A stretch of 64,000 nt of DNA from an uncultured Chloroflexia bacterium (GTDB lineage: Bacteria; Chloroflexota; Limnocylindria; Limnocylindrales; CSP1-4), in contig OY970218.1 of NCBI GenBank assembly GCA_963713975.1, positions 480,001 through 544,000 on the forward strand, read 5' to 3'. Shown here in pieces: positions 56,157 through 64,000 of this stretch (its first letter is position 1; each line of letters opens with the position of its first letter). A model generated the notes under the pieces. The model was not told the origin of the DNA, made no database searches, and worked only from the letters and a program-made list of their open reading frames with translations. The translations under genes and the position numbers were made by a program.

Positions 56157-57446
56157 TCACCGCCGCTCCTCGCCAACCACGGCCGCCCCGGCGACCGCCT
56201 GCCAGCGCCAGCGCGCCTCGGCGAGCGGCGCCTCGGTGTCGGCCAGCTCCACCCGCCGCACCCGGTCCGGCCCGAACGCGATCGCCAGGCGTGCCAGCTG
56301 CCAGCCGAGGCGTGCGTCCCGCGCCGCCTGCGGGGTGAACAGCGGGAGCTGCTGGCCCCGGGCCGGCTCCACCAGCGCGAGCTCCAGCTCGAGGCGGGCG
56401 ACGGCGGCCGGCGGTGGGGCCTGCTCGAGACGGGCGACGAGGAGGCGCTCGATGGCCTCGGCGTCCGCCGTGGGCTCCGGGAAACGCTGCTCCAGGCGAA
56501 GCTCCGGCACCGTCCCGCGGCGCGCGAACGCCAGGTCGTGGGTGACGACAAGCCGCGCCAGCCCCGCCGCGCGCCCTCGCGCCGCGAGCTGCTCCGCCAG
56601 CGTGGCCGAGAGCCGGCGGAGCACGAACCGGACGGCCTCGAGACCCTCGACCGACGGGTCCAGCGAGAGACCGAGCGCCAGCCGCTCCGTGCCGCTCCGA
56701 GGTCGGAACCGCTCGATCTCCTCACCCCGGGCATGGGCGTGGATCCTGGCTCCCTCCTCTCCGAAGCGTGCGACCAGCGCGGAGCGCGGCAGCGCCGCGA
56801 CCGAACCTATCGTGCGAAGCCCGAAACGGGCCAGCCGCGCCCGCACGTCCGGGTCCCGCGTGAGCAGGCCGGCCGGATAGGGCACGAGGAACCGGCCGTC
56901 GTCACCGGGCGGGACCAGGAGCGGTGGACCGCCCTCCTCCGCGTGCGCGGCGGCCACGGATGCGGCGAAGGACGATCCCGCGATCCCGGCTAGCGGAGGA
57001 CAGGGCAGGATCGGGGTGAGCGCCGCCGTCATGCTCGCGACCAGCGTCTCCTCCACGCCCCACAAGCGCGTCAGGCCGTCGGCGTGGACGATGATCCGCC
57101 CGAACGAGGGGTCCCTGACATCGCTCGTTCCGGCGATGCCGGGACTGAAGGCGGCGAGCCGTTCGCAGGCGGCCTCGACCGCGTCCCGGTCCGCGTCAGG
57201 CGCGAGGTCCAGGAAGGTCGCCTCGGGCGCTAGCCGGTGGGCGCTCCCGAGCGGGATCCCCCGACGCACGCCGAGGGCCCGCGCGAGGGGATCCGCGTCC
57301 ACCACGGTCCCGTCCGTCCAGGGCTGGCCGCCGAGGACGATCGGGCCGGGCGGCCACGAGCCGGAGGTGCCGTCCGACAGGATCTCCATCCGGCTCCGTG
57401 CCAGGCGGAGGGGCAGGTGTGGCCAGAGCAGGTGAAGCAGGCGCAT
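56157..57446 (-). CDS. imuB: ImuB, inactive Y-family polymerase
   Basis: ARALGVRRGIPL, LARFGLRTIG, beta-clamp motif QLPLF; catalytic carboxylates not evident. Confidence 0.85.
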   Translation of the reverse strand: MRLLHLLWPHLPLRLARSRMEILSDGTSGSWPPGPIVLGGQPWTDGTVVDADPLARALGVRRGIPLGSAHRLAPEATFLDLAPDADRDAVEAACERLAAFSPGIAGTSDVRDPSFGRIIVHADGLTRLWGVEETLVASMTAALTPILPCPPLAGIAGSSFAASVAAAHAEEGGPPLLVPPGDDGRFLVPYPAGLLTRDPDVRARLARFGLRTIGSVAALPRSALVARFGEEGARIHAHARGEEIERFRPRSGTERLALGLSLDPSVEGLEAVRFVLRRLSATLAEQLAARGRAAGLARLVVTHDLAFARRGTVPELRLEQRFPEPTADAEAIERLLVARLEQAPPPAAVARLELELALVEPARGQQLPLFTPQAARDARLGWQLARLAIAFGPDRVRRVELADTEAPLAEARWRWQAVAGAAVVGEERR

Positions 57447-58431
57447 GGGTATCGATCGATCGGTGGGGGCCTTTCAAGTCGACGAATGGCGGTGGCGGCG
57501 GGTCTGTCGCCCGGGTGGTGGCGCCCGGTGGCGCGACCGGGGCGGCGAGCCCGGCCAGCAGCTCCAGGCGAGCCAGGCATGCGTCCCGTGGACCGCCCTC
57601 CGCATACAGGATCTCGAGGACGGCGCGGCGACCGGGCGGGCCGTACCGGTTGCGGGCCACCTCCACGGCACTCCGCTGCCCGACCACATCCCTGCCCAGG
57701 CGGACCCAGCCCGACCGGCGGAGCTCCAGGCGCAGGCCACTCGCCGCCTCCACCGCGGCCGCCAGGCCCCGCCCGAGGGTCACCGGCTCCACGACGACCA
57801 GCAGCGTCCCGGCCCGCCTCGCCAGTGCAGCAAGACGGCCCAGCCGGTCCCCCACCCGCTTCCCGGCCACCGCCGGATCACGACCGTCGGGCAGGTCCAT
57901 CACCAGCAGGTCAACGGTCCGGGCAGCCAGCAGGGCACCTGCCATGGCGAGCGCCTCCTCCAGGTCCACCGGAGTCAGCACCACCAGCCACTCCGGCCGG
58001 ATGCCACGCGCGACGGCCTCCACGGGATCGAAGGCACGGGCGAGATCCAGCCACGCGACGATCGCCCCGCCGGCCTGGGCCCCCGCGGCAACCCGCAGCG
58101 CGACGGTCGTCCTGCCCGATGACGCGTCCCCGCGCAACGCGACCGTGGCCGAGCGAGGCAGCCCGCCCATGCCCAGGATGGCGTCCAGCTCCGTGAATCC
58201 CGTGGGAACGACCCGCCCATCCGCGTCCGGCGCCGATATCCCGGGGCGGGGACGGACGGCCGGTACGAGCGGTGTGGGTGCGAGCGGATCCGGTACCAGG
58301 TCCGGCATCGGCGCCCTGGCCAGCGCGCCATCGACCATGAGGCCCATGTCCCCACCACGTCGCGGAGCCGCCGCGCCCCAGCGGGCCTGGAGCGTCGCGA
58401 GTGCCTCGGAGACGTCGGATGTGTGGGCCAT
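57196..58431 (-). CDS. imuA: ImuA/RecA-like mutasome accessory protein
   Basis: PTGFTELDAILGMGGLPR, degenerate Walker A GDASSGRTT, RecA-like VVGQRSAVEVARNR; long tail overlaps imuB. Confidence 0.8.
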   Translation of the reverse strand: MAHTSDVSEALATLQARWGAAAPRRGGDMGLMVDGALARAPMPDLVPDPLAPTPLVPAVRPRPGISAPDADGRVVPTGFTELDAILGMGGLPRSATVALRGDASSGRTTVALRVAAGAQAGGAIVAWLDLARAFDPVEAVARGIRPEWLVVLTPVDLEEALAMAGALLAARTVDLLVMDLPDGRDPAVAGKRVGDRLGRLAALARRAGTLLVVVEPVTLGRGLAAAVEAASGLRLELRRSGWVRLGRDVVGQRSAVEVARNRYGPPGRRAVLEILYAEGGPRDACLARLELLAGLAAPVAPPGATTRATDPPPPPFVDLKGPHRSIDTHAPASPALATPAPPPGTEPDGDPVGRHLRLVAARPDRPRRPALDGRDRGGRGSPRAGPRRASGDPARERPPASARGDLPGPRA

Positions 58432-58441
58432 CGGACGTCCA

Positions 58442-58469
58442 ATAATAGAACGTCTGTTCTATCCGTCAA
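58442..58469 (-). promoter_or_regulatory. SOS promoter of imuA with LexA box between -35 and -10
   Basis: TTGACG-16nt-TATTAT; ATAGAAC-GTCT-GTTCTAT at 58445-58462. Confidence 0.9.
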
Positions 58470-58584
58470 GGGTCGAATTGGCGATCCTGGGGAGGTCTCG
58501 GATGGCCTCGCTGCCGGGCCGGCGCCAGTGGTCGCGTGCTACACTTCCCGGCCGTCAACCCGATCCGTCGGGTGTGGCTCCCGT

Positions 58585-58660
58585 GGGGATGTAGCTCAGC
58601 TGGAAGAGCGCCGCGTTCGCATCGCGGAGGTCAGGGGTTCGAGTCCCCTCATCTCCACCA
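58585..58660 (+). tRNA. tRNA-Ala(CGC)
   Basis: GGGGATG acceptor with G3-U70, anticodon loop TT-CGC-AT, GGTTCGAGTCC, ACCA end. Confidence 0.95.
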
Positions 58661-58664
58661 CCGT

Positions 58665-58749
58665 GGGTCGGTCGGGCAGGTGGTGAGCCCAAGGGTCTGT
58701 AAAACCCTCGTCTTCGACTTTGGCGGTTCGATTCCGCCCCGGCCCACCA
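58665..58749 (+). tRNA. tRNA-Tyr(GTA)
   Basis: AGGGT-CTGTAAA-ACCCT anticodon arm, long variable arm, GGTTCGATTCC, ACCA end. Confidence 0.92.
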
Positions 58750-58766
58750 ACAACCTCGAAAACGGA

Positions 58767-58792
58767 ACGCCCGTCGTGCTTGCGACGGGCGT
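58767..58792. terminator. hairpin between tRNA operon and convergent lipoprotein gene
   Basis: ACGCCCGTCG-TGCTTG-CGACGGGCGT. Confidence 0.6.
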
Positions 58793-58828
58793 CATCGTGT
58801 CCGGGAGGTGTCGGGTGCGAGCGGGCGG

Positions 58829-59485
58829 TCAGCCCTCGCCCCACGGGAACGGGTCGGTGTCATGCCACGGGCCCAGGATGAAGGGCTCCCCGTCCCAGCC
58901 GGCCGTCCCGCCGCGGATGACCAGCGGCACCTGCGCCTGGGGGAGCTCGAGCCTGACGGAGAACAGGCCGTTGCCCCCGTGGGGGAGCACGAACCCGGCG
59001 GAGTCCAGGCACACAGGCAACGACGAGTGGCATCCACCCGCCACCGCGGTCCCGTCGTAGAAGCCGGACAGGTCCATCACGTCCACGACACGGCCATCGC
59101 GGATCTCGGTCGCCGTGATGTCCGGGGCAACGTCGCCGGTCTCCACCACGATCTCCCAGCGGTCACTGCCCAGCTCGCCGGTGCCCGAGACCACCAGGCG
59201 CCAGGCCTTCGCTGCGGGATCCTCGATGGTGGCCTGGATCGTGTCCTGGTCGACGGTCACGATGGTGAGCTGCGGGCCGTCGGCAGATCCGTCCACCTCA
59301 CCGATCACCGGTGCCTTGGTTGGCTCCGGGACGACCGGCGAGGCGGGAGCCGGCACGGCCGTGGGTGTAGGTGTGAGCACGACCGGCCTGAACGGTGGCG
59401 GGGAGACGGGGGCGATCGATTGGCCGCCGCAGCCCGCGACGATGAGCGCGGCGGCGATGACCGGGAGGACGAAGCGCGGGGCCAT
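58829..59485 (-). CDS. lipoprotein, unknown function
   Basis: Lipobox VAGC, Pro-rich linker, beta-rich acidic domain. Confidence 0.75.
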   Translation of the reverse strand: MAPRFVLPVIAAALIVAGCGGQSIAPVSPPPFRPVVLTPTPTAVPAPASPVVPEPTKAPVIGEVDGSADGPQLTIVTVDQDTIQATIEDPAAKAWRLVVSGTGELGSDRWEIVVETGDVAPDITATEIRDGRVVDVMDLSGFYDGTAVAGGCHSSLPVCLDSAGFVLPHGGNGLFSVRLELPQAQVPLVIRGGTAGWDGEPFILGPWHDTDPFPWGEG

Positions 59486-59744
59486 GGGACCTCGAGGGGA
59501 CGTTGCGGATGAATGGACCTGGGGCGTCCCTGTGACGCTTGAGCCGCCCGATTTGGTTCCCTTGCTCGCCTAGCGGCCCGTCCATCAACGGGGGTCGCCG
59601 TCTTGCTCGCCATCAGCGAGCGAAACGAGGCCCGGAGCCGCCTCAAAGGGGGCGCTGCTCGCCATCAGGGGCCCATCCAGCGGTTTCGAGCGCGATCCGG
59701 GCCGCCCGCGGCCGCTCATGCCGCCCGATGTGGTTCCCGCCCCT

Positions 59745-60539
59745 TCAGTCCAGGGCGCCGTGCAGCTCCGGAGCGTGGTGCCGCAACCAGCGACGCCATT
59801 CGACGTGGTCCGGGACGCGCGTCGAGAGCAGCGCCCAGAACCGCTCCGAGTGGCCGAAGACCCGAAGGTGGCATACCTCGTGGGCGGCGACGGCCTCCAG
59901 CGCGCCGGGCGGCGCCAGCACGAGGCGCCAGGAGAAGGACAGCGCACCCTTGCGGGAGCAGCTGCCCCAGCGCGTGGTCGTGTCGCGGATGGTGATGCTC
60001 GCGGGCGTCACGCCCAGGGTGGGGGCATGGCGGTCGATGGCGAGAGCGAGGTCCGCACGAGCGCGCTCACGCAGCCAGCCCTCCATGATGGCCGCCGTCG
60101 GCCGCCGGTCGCGGGCGGTCCGCTCGACCAGGAGCTCGTCGCCTTCGTCGCCGCCCACCCGCGAGACCCGGCTGGCGCGAGTGCCGGGCGGCGCGGGCAC
60201 GAGCCGCACCCGGTGGGGCACGCCCCGGTACGGGATCACCCTGCCATCGTCGAGCGATGCCCGCTCCTCGAGCCGGGTCCGGGATGCGGCCTGGCGGGCG
60301 AGGTGCCGGCGGATCCATGGTTCGCGACCCGCGAGGAACGCGTGGACCTGGGACTCGGGGCTCCGCCAGCCGCGACGGATGGCCGCGGGCACGGTGACCA
60401 CCACCCCTCGCGTGGGGTGGATGGTCACCCGCAGGCGCATCGCCTGCGGGGACCGGCGCAGCGTGTACCGGAGCACGCCGCCTGGCAGGCGCGCAGTCGC
60501 ATCGGACTCGACGGCCGTCGCGCGGGTGCGCTGGTTCAT
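59745..60539 (-). CDS. YgjP/DUF45-like metal-dependent hydrolase
   Basis: RWGSCS, FSWRLV, AHEVCHL...HSERFW. Confidence 0.85.
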   Translation of the reverse strand: MNQRTRATAVESDATARLPGGVLRYTLRRSPQAMRLRVTIHPTRGVVVTVPAAIRRGWRSPESQVHAFLAGREPWIRRHLARQAASRTRLEERASLDDGRVIPYRGVPHRVRLVPAPPGTRASRVSRVGGDEGDELLVERTARDRRPTAAIMEGWLRERARADLALAIDRHAPTLGVTPASITIRDTTTRWGSCSRKGALSFSWRLVLAPPGALEAVAAHEVCHLRVFGHSERFWALLSTRVPDHVEWRRWLRHHAPELHGALD

Positions 60540-60608
60540 GCGTTCACGCGCGGGACGAGGAGTCGATTGCCATGGCCCCGATCGTAGCGGGCCTTCGATC
60601 CCGTAGGA

Positions 60609-61004
60609 TCAGCGCGGCGTGACCGCCGGAAGTCCAACGAGTCGCGCTGCATCGAGCATCCGCTCGTCGTAGGTCACGATCGCCGCGAGGTCGTCGCCGA
60701 CGGCCAGCGCGGTGGCGAGGTGGATGGCGTCGAGCGTCCGGAGCACCTGCGGTTCCAGGGTGCCGGCCGCGTCCAGGATCCGATCATCGATCCCGATGAG
60801 GTCCACCCGGCGCAGGCCGTCCCGAACCGTCGCCAGCGCATCCGGCCCAAGGTGGCGGACCGCGCGCAGGGATTCGGTGCGCAGCAGTGCGGACGAGACG
60901 CGGCGCGCTTCGTGTGAGGCGAGGTAGGTCCGCACGGCAGACGACTCCACCTCCTCGACGACCAGCTTCACGAAAGCCGAGCTGTCGAGGTAGAGCGCGC
61001 TCAA
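60609..61004 (-). CDS. vapC: PIN-domain toxin VapC
   Basis: YLDSSAFVKLV, LRTLDAIHLATA, TYDERM. Confidence 0.92.
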   Translation of the reverse strand: MSALYLDSSAFVKLVVEEVESSAVRTYLASHEARRVSSALLRTESLRAVRHLGPDALATVRDGLRRVDLIGIDDRILDAAGTLEPQVLRTLDAIHLATALAVGDDLAAIVTYDERMLDAARLVGLPAVTPR

Positions 61005-61264
61005 TCCACTCGCCCCTCGGACACCATCTGCGACGGCGCGGTGGCACCCGGCGGCAGCGGAACTGGCGTGAGTTCGAGCAGGTCGGCCTCCGCCCGGCGC
61101 AGGAGTCCCTCGCGTTCCAGCCGCGCCAGGCCGCTGGGCATCGACTTCAGCAGCACGGCGACCGGACGTCCGCGGTCCGTGACCTCGACGGTCTCACCCG
61201 CGGCCACCCGACGCAGGATGGCACTCGCTTCCCGCCGCAGCTCGCGGACCCCGACGCGCTCCAT
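61001..61264 (-). CDS. Phd/YefM-family antitoxin
   Basis: MERVGVRELRREASAILRRVAAGETVEVTDRGRPVAVL. Confidence 0.9.
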   Translation of the reverse strand: MERVGVRELRREASAILRRVAAGETVEVTDRGRPVAVLLKSMPSGLARLEREGLLRRAEADLLELTPVPLPPGATAPSQMVSEGRVD

Positions 61265-61283
61265 GTGCGACATAGTAGCACAT
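61263..61283. promoter_or_regulatory. putative TA autoregulation operator
   Basis: ATGTGCgAC-ATA-GTaGCACAT inverted repeat at the antitoxin start. Confidence 0.65.
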
Positions 61284-61442
61284 TGGATAGTCGACAGAGG
61301 GCGATGTTGATGGTCCGGGTCCACCGTGGCATGCCCGAACGGGTATCGACATCTGCCCGAACGTTGGCGCGTCCCTGTCTCGCGCGCGCGAGCGCCGAGC
61401 GGTGAGGATGCAAGGATGAGGCGACCCTAGGCGCCACCGATC

Positions 61443-64000
61443 GTGCCCGAGCTCCTCGCCGCCCCCAAGGACCACGAGGCGCATCGCCACGCTCCGGAGT
61501 CGGCGTCCATCGAAGGGCCTGCACGAGAGCCGGATCATCCGGTGCCGCAGCTCACGGCCGGTGAGATCGCACGGGGGACCTCCAGTGCCGGTCTTCGTGC
61601 GGCCCTGAACCCGGCGGGCCTGATGGCGATGCAGCGCCTTGCCGGCAACAAGGCAACGCTCCACGCACTGCGCCGCACCTCCGTTCAGCGCGTCGACCTC
61701 CTGGACAACCCCGTGGCATCGACCGACGAGGACAAGGACGACAAGGCAGCGGAGGAGGCAGGATCCTCGATCGACGAGACCTTCGCCCCAGGCAGCGCCG
61801 GGGCGACGGCTGGAGCGCCAGGAGGGACCGGCGGCAAAGCCGGGGAGACCGCCGTTGCCCAGGACGGGCCGGGGCTGAGCGGACTGACCGGGATCGCGGG
61901 CGAGGTGGCGGTCAAGGGCGAGGGTGGCAGGCAGATCGACGACGGACTGACCGGGATCGCGGGCGAGGTGGCGGTCAAGGGCGAGGGTGGCAGGCAGATC
62001 GACGACGGACTGACCGGGATCGCGGGCGAGGTGGCGGTCAAGGGCGAGGGTGGCAGGCAGATCGACGACGGACTGACCGGGATCGCGGGCGAGGTGGCGG
62101 TCAAGGGCGAGGGCGGCAGGCAGATCGACGACGGACTGACCGGGATCGCGGGCGAGGTGGCGGTCAAGCAGGCTGGAGCCGATCAGGTTGGCGGAGGGGC
62201 CGGCGGGGCCGGTGGCGAAGGCATCGGCGGTGGCACGGCGGGCTCCGAGGAGATCCCGGCCGTCGCGGACCCTGCGGACATCGCCGTCACGGAGATCACC
62301 CAGCTCAGCGAGCAGCCGCCCGAGGTCGCCACCGGGGAGGTCGAGCAGCCGCAGGCACCCCAGCAGGAGCAACCCGCGAACCTCGAAGCGGGTACGGGTG
62401 AGATCGAGCGCCAGGCGCAGGGTGGTGGCGGCGGCATCGTAGACACGCTCATCAACACCGCCGTCTCCACGTTCCGCGGCATCGCCGGCACGATCAGCGG
62501 CGGCGTCCGCGCGGCTGCATCCGGCATCGCCTCGCGCGTCGGCGGGTTCTTCAGTCGGGCCTTCTCCTTCGCCACGAACCTGGTCACCACGGTCACCAAC
62601 GGCCTCCGCGGCATCGCCAGCGGCATCGCTACCGAGATCGGCACCCACCTCGGAGCGCTCAAGGACGGCGTGAAGGGGATCGTGACCCCGATCCTGAACG
62701 CCGTTCGCGGCGTCATGGGCCAGGTCGGCGGCGCGATCCGTGGCGCGATCACGGCCATTCTCTCCGGCCAGCCGGTCCTGCCCACCCTCCTCGCCCCCTT
62801 CAGGGCGATCCTCGGCCCCTTGTTCGGCGGGATCACCGGCCAGATCACGGCCGTGATCAACCGCATCAAGGGGGCAGTGGACAACGCCATTGCCCGCGTC
62901 CTCCAGACGATCGTCTCGCTGACGCAGTCGATCATCAACGGGCTGACCTTCCTGGCGAACCTGCTGACCACCGCTGCCACGTTCCTCCAGGAGGAGCTCA
63001 CCCGGCTCACGAACTGGGTCACGCAGGTCGTCTCGGGACTCCCGGACGTGCTCCGCCGGGTCATCACGGCGATCGTGAACGCCGTCATCGCGGCGGCCCG
63101 GCGGATCATCAACAACCTCGTGACCCGCGCTCGGGCGTACATCGCCCGCGTGATCGCCAACATCACCGCATTCGTCCAGCGCGCCATCGGGCTCGTGACG
63201 CGGATCGTCACCAACGTGCGCAACGCGGTCCGAGCGGCGCTCGATCTCGTGGCCGCAGGGGTCCGAACCGTGGCCAACGCCCTGAACCGCGTGAAGACCT
63301 GGCTGCTCGGCAAGATCGCGGCGTTCGTGGCGCGGGCCTTGCGCACCGTTCTCAACCCGATCGCGGAACGCCTCAAGCAGCGGCTGCTCGCACTTATCGG
63401 GCCCGCCGCCGCGGCGGCGATGCGGCAGGCACAGCTCCTGTTCCCCAACGGCCTGCCGGCCCCTCGGGAGGTCGTCCAGGCAGCCGAGCAGGGTGCCCGG
63501 GAGGTCGCCTCGGAGGCCGGCAGCGCGATCCTGGCCGGCCTCACGAACCCCGAGGGTGACCACATCGGCTTCGGCATCCAGCTCGCCGGTGGCGCCAGCG
63601 TCGGCGGACCGGCGGGCATCAGCGGCACGGCCGGTGCGATGTTCGACATCGTCCTCGACTACCGCCGCAATGACATCGGGTTCTTCCTCTCGCCCAACAC
63701 AAGCGTGGCGGGAGGCCTTGGGGTCGGCGGGGGCGCGGCGGGCGGCCTTGGGGTCGCGGGGGCGTGGGGCACCGTCGCGACGTTCGGCGACGAATCCAAG
63801 GACGTCCTCGACGCCTACGGCGGCTGGTCCACCAACGTCTCGTACGGGGTGACAGGTGGCGTGGCTGACGTCATCGGAGCCGAAGCCTCAACGGGCGGTT
63901 CCTTCTATCGTGGTGGTGGCACGCCCGGTATCCCCGTCTTCTCGTACACCCCGCTCGGCGCGGATGAGCACCCGGTCCCCGGCACCGCGCCGGTCGCGAT
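61443..64000 (+). CDS. large eCIS-cargo/tape-measure-like protein (runs off window, over 850 aa)
   Basis: Own translation from GTG 61443 open to window end; MQRLAGN and VQR motifs, 21-aa repeats, long amphipathic helical region, Gly-rich beta region. Confidence 0.75.
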   Translation, partial: MPELLAAPKDHEAHRHAPESASIEGPAREPDHPVPQLTAGEIARGTSSAGLRAALNPAGLMAMQRLAGNKATLHALRRTSVQRVDLLDNPVASTDEDKDDKAAEEAGSSIDETFAPGSAGATAGAPGGTGGKAGETAVAQDGPGLSGLTGIAGEVAVKGEGGRQIDDGLTGIAGEVAVKGEGGRQIDDGLTGIAGEVAVKGEGGRQIDDGLTGIAGEVAVKGEGGRQIDDGLTGIAGEVAVKQAGADQVGGGAGGAGGEGIGGGTAGSEEIPAVADPADIAVTEITQLSEQPPEVATGEVEQPQAPQQEQPANLEAGTGEIERQAQGGGGGIVDTLINTAVSTFRGIAGTISGGVRAAASGIASRVGGFFSRAFSFATNLVTTVTNGLRGIASGIATEIGTHLGALKDGVKGIVTPILNAVRGVMGQVGGAIRGAITAILSGQPVLPTLLAPFRAILGPLFGGITGQITAVINRIKGAVDNAIARVLQTIVSLTQSIINGLTFLANLLTTAATFLQEELTRLTNWVTQVVSGLPDVLRRVITAIVNAVIAAARRIINNLVTRARAYIARVIANITAFVQRAIGLVTRIVTNVRNAVRAALDLVAAGVRTVANALNRVKTWLLGKIAAFVARALRTVLNPIAERLKQRLLALIGPAAAAAMRQAQLLFPNGLPAPREVVQAAEQGAREVASEAGSAILAGLTNPEGDHIGFGIQLAGGASVGGPAGISGTAGAMFDIVLDYRRNDIGFFLSPNTSVAGGLGVGGGAAGGLGVAGAWGTVATFGDESKDVLDAYGGWSTNVSYGVTGGVADVIGAEASTGGSFYRGGGTPGIPVFSYTPLGADEHPVPGTAPVA
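61881..62168 (+). repeat. 63-bp tandem repeat, about 4.6 near-identical copies (GLTGIAGEVAVKGEGGRQIDD)
   Basis: Units start at 61881, 61944, 62007, 62070 and 62133 (partial). Confidence 0.95.

Noticed and set aside
57196-57446. 250-nt imuA/imuB overlap as a functional dual-coding region
   Set aside because: The imuA tail is low-complexity and most likely stop-codon drift in GC-rich DNA
58585-58749. Non-canonical or recoding tRNAs
   Set aside because: Both fold as standard Ala(CGC) and Tyr(GTA) tRNAs with normal identity elements
61881-62168. CRISPR array
   Set aside because: Contiguous near-identical 63-bp units without unique spacers, in frame within a CDS; no cas genes
58750-64000. Integrative element at tRNA-Tyr
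   Set aside because: No integrase and no duplicated tRNA 3' end seen within the window

Overview
High-GC bacterial chromosome segment. Gene content, GAAC-N4-GTTC SOS boxes and a DUF5679-type microprotein point to Chloroflexota, possibly Limnocylindria-like; this is inference. Most genes lie on the minus strand. The backbone is the conserved rpsT/lepA-hemW-hrcA-grpE-dnaK...dnaJ-prmA-mtaB-HIT heat-shock/translation cluster, split by about 20 kb of inserted genes: ktrAB, a TetR-led menFDHBACE-G operon, MFS, a diguanylate cyclase, an ABC-2 exporter and UDG. The window also holds pgi, a beta-carbonic anhydrase, gap-pgk-eno, a large lamin-tail/OB-fold surface protein, a split LexA-controlled imuA-imuB-(small ORF)...dnaE2 mutasome, tRNA-Ala(CGC), tRNA-Tyr(GTA), two vapBC modules and one vapC remnant. 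An ORF of more than 850 aa that is missing from the ORF track runs off the right end and looks like a contractile-injection-system cargo protein. Most notable: (i) a men operon lacking menI but with an alpha/beta-hydrolase fused to MenE and a TetR operator at its promoter; (ii) the eCIS-type ORF with 63-bp repeats; (iii) ribosomal protein S20 with a histone-H1-like tail; (iv) the split mutasome, which contains a chain of translationally coupled mini-ORFs and ECF-promoter-like membrane microproteins. Family assignments are from motif recognition only; no searches were run.
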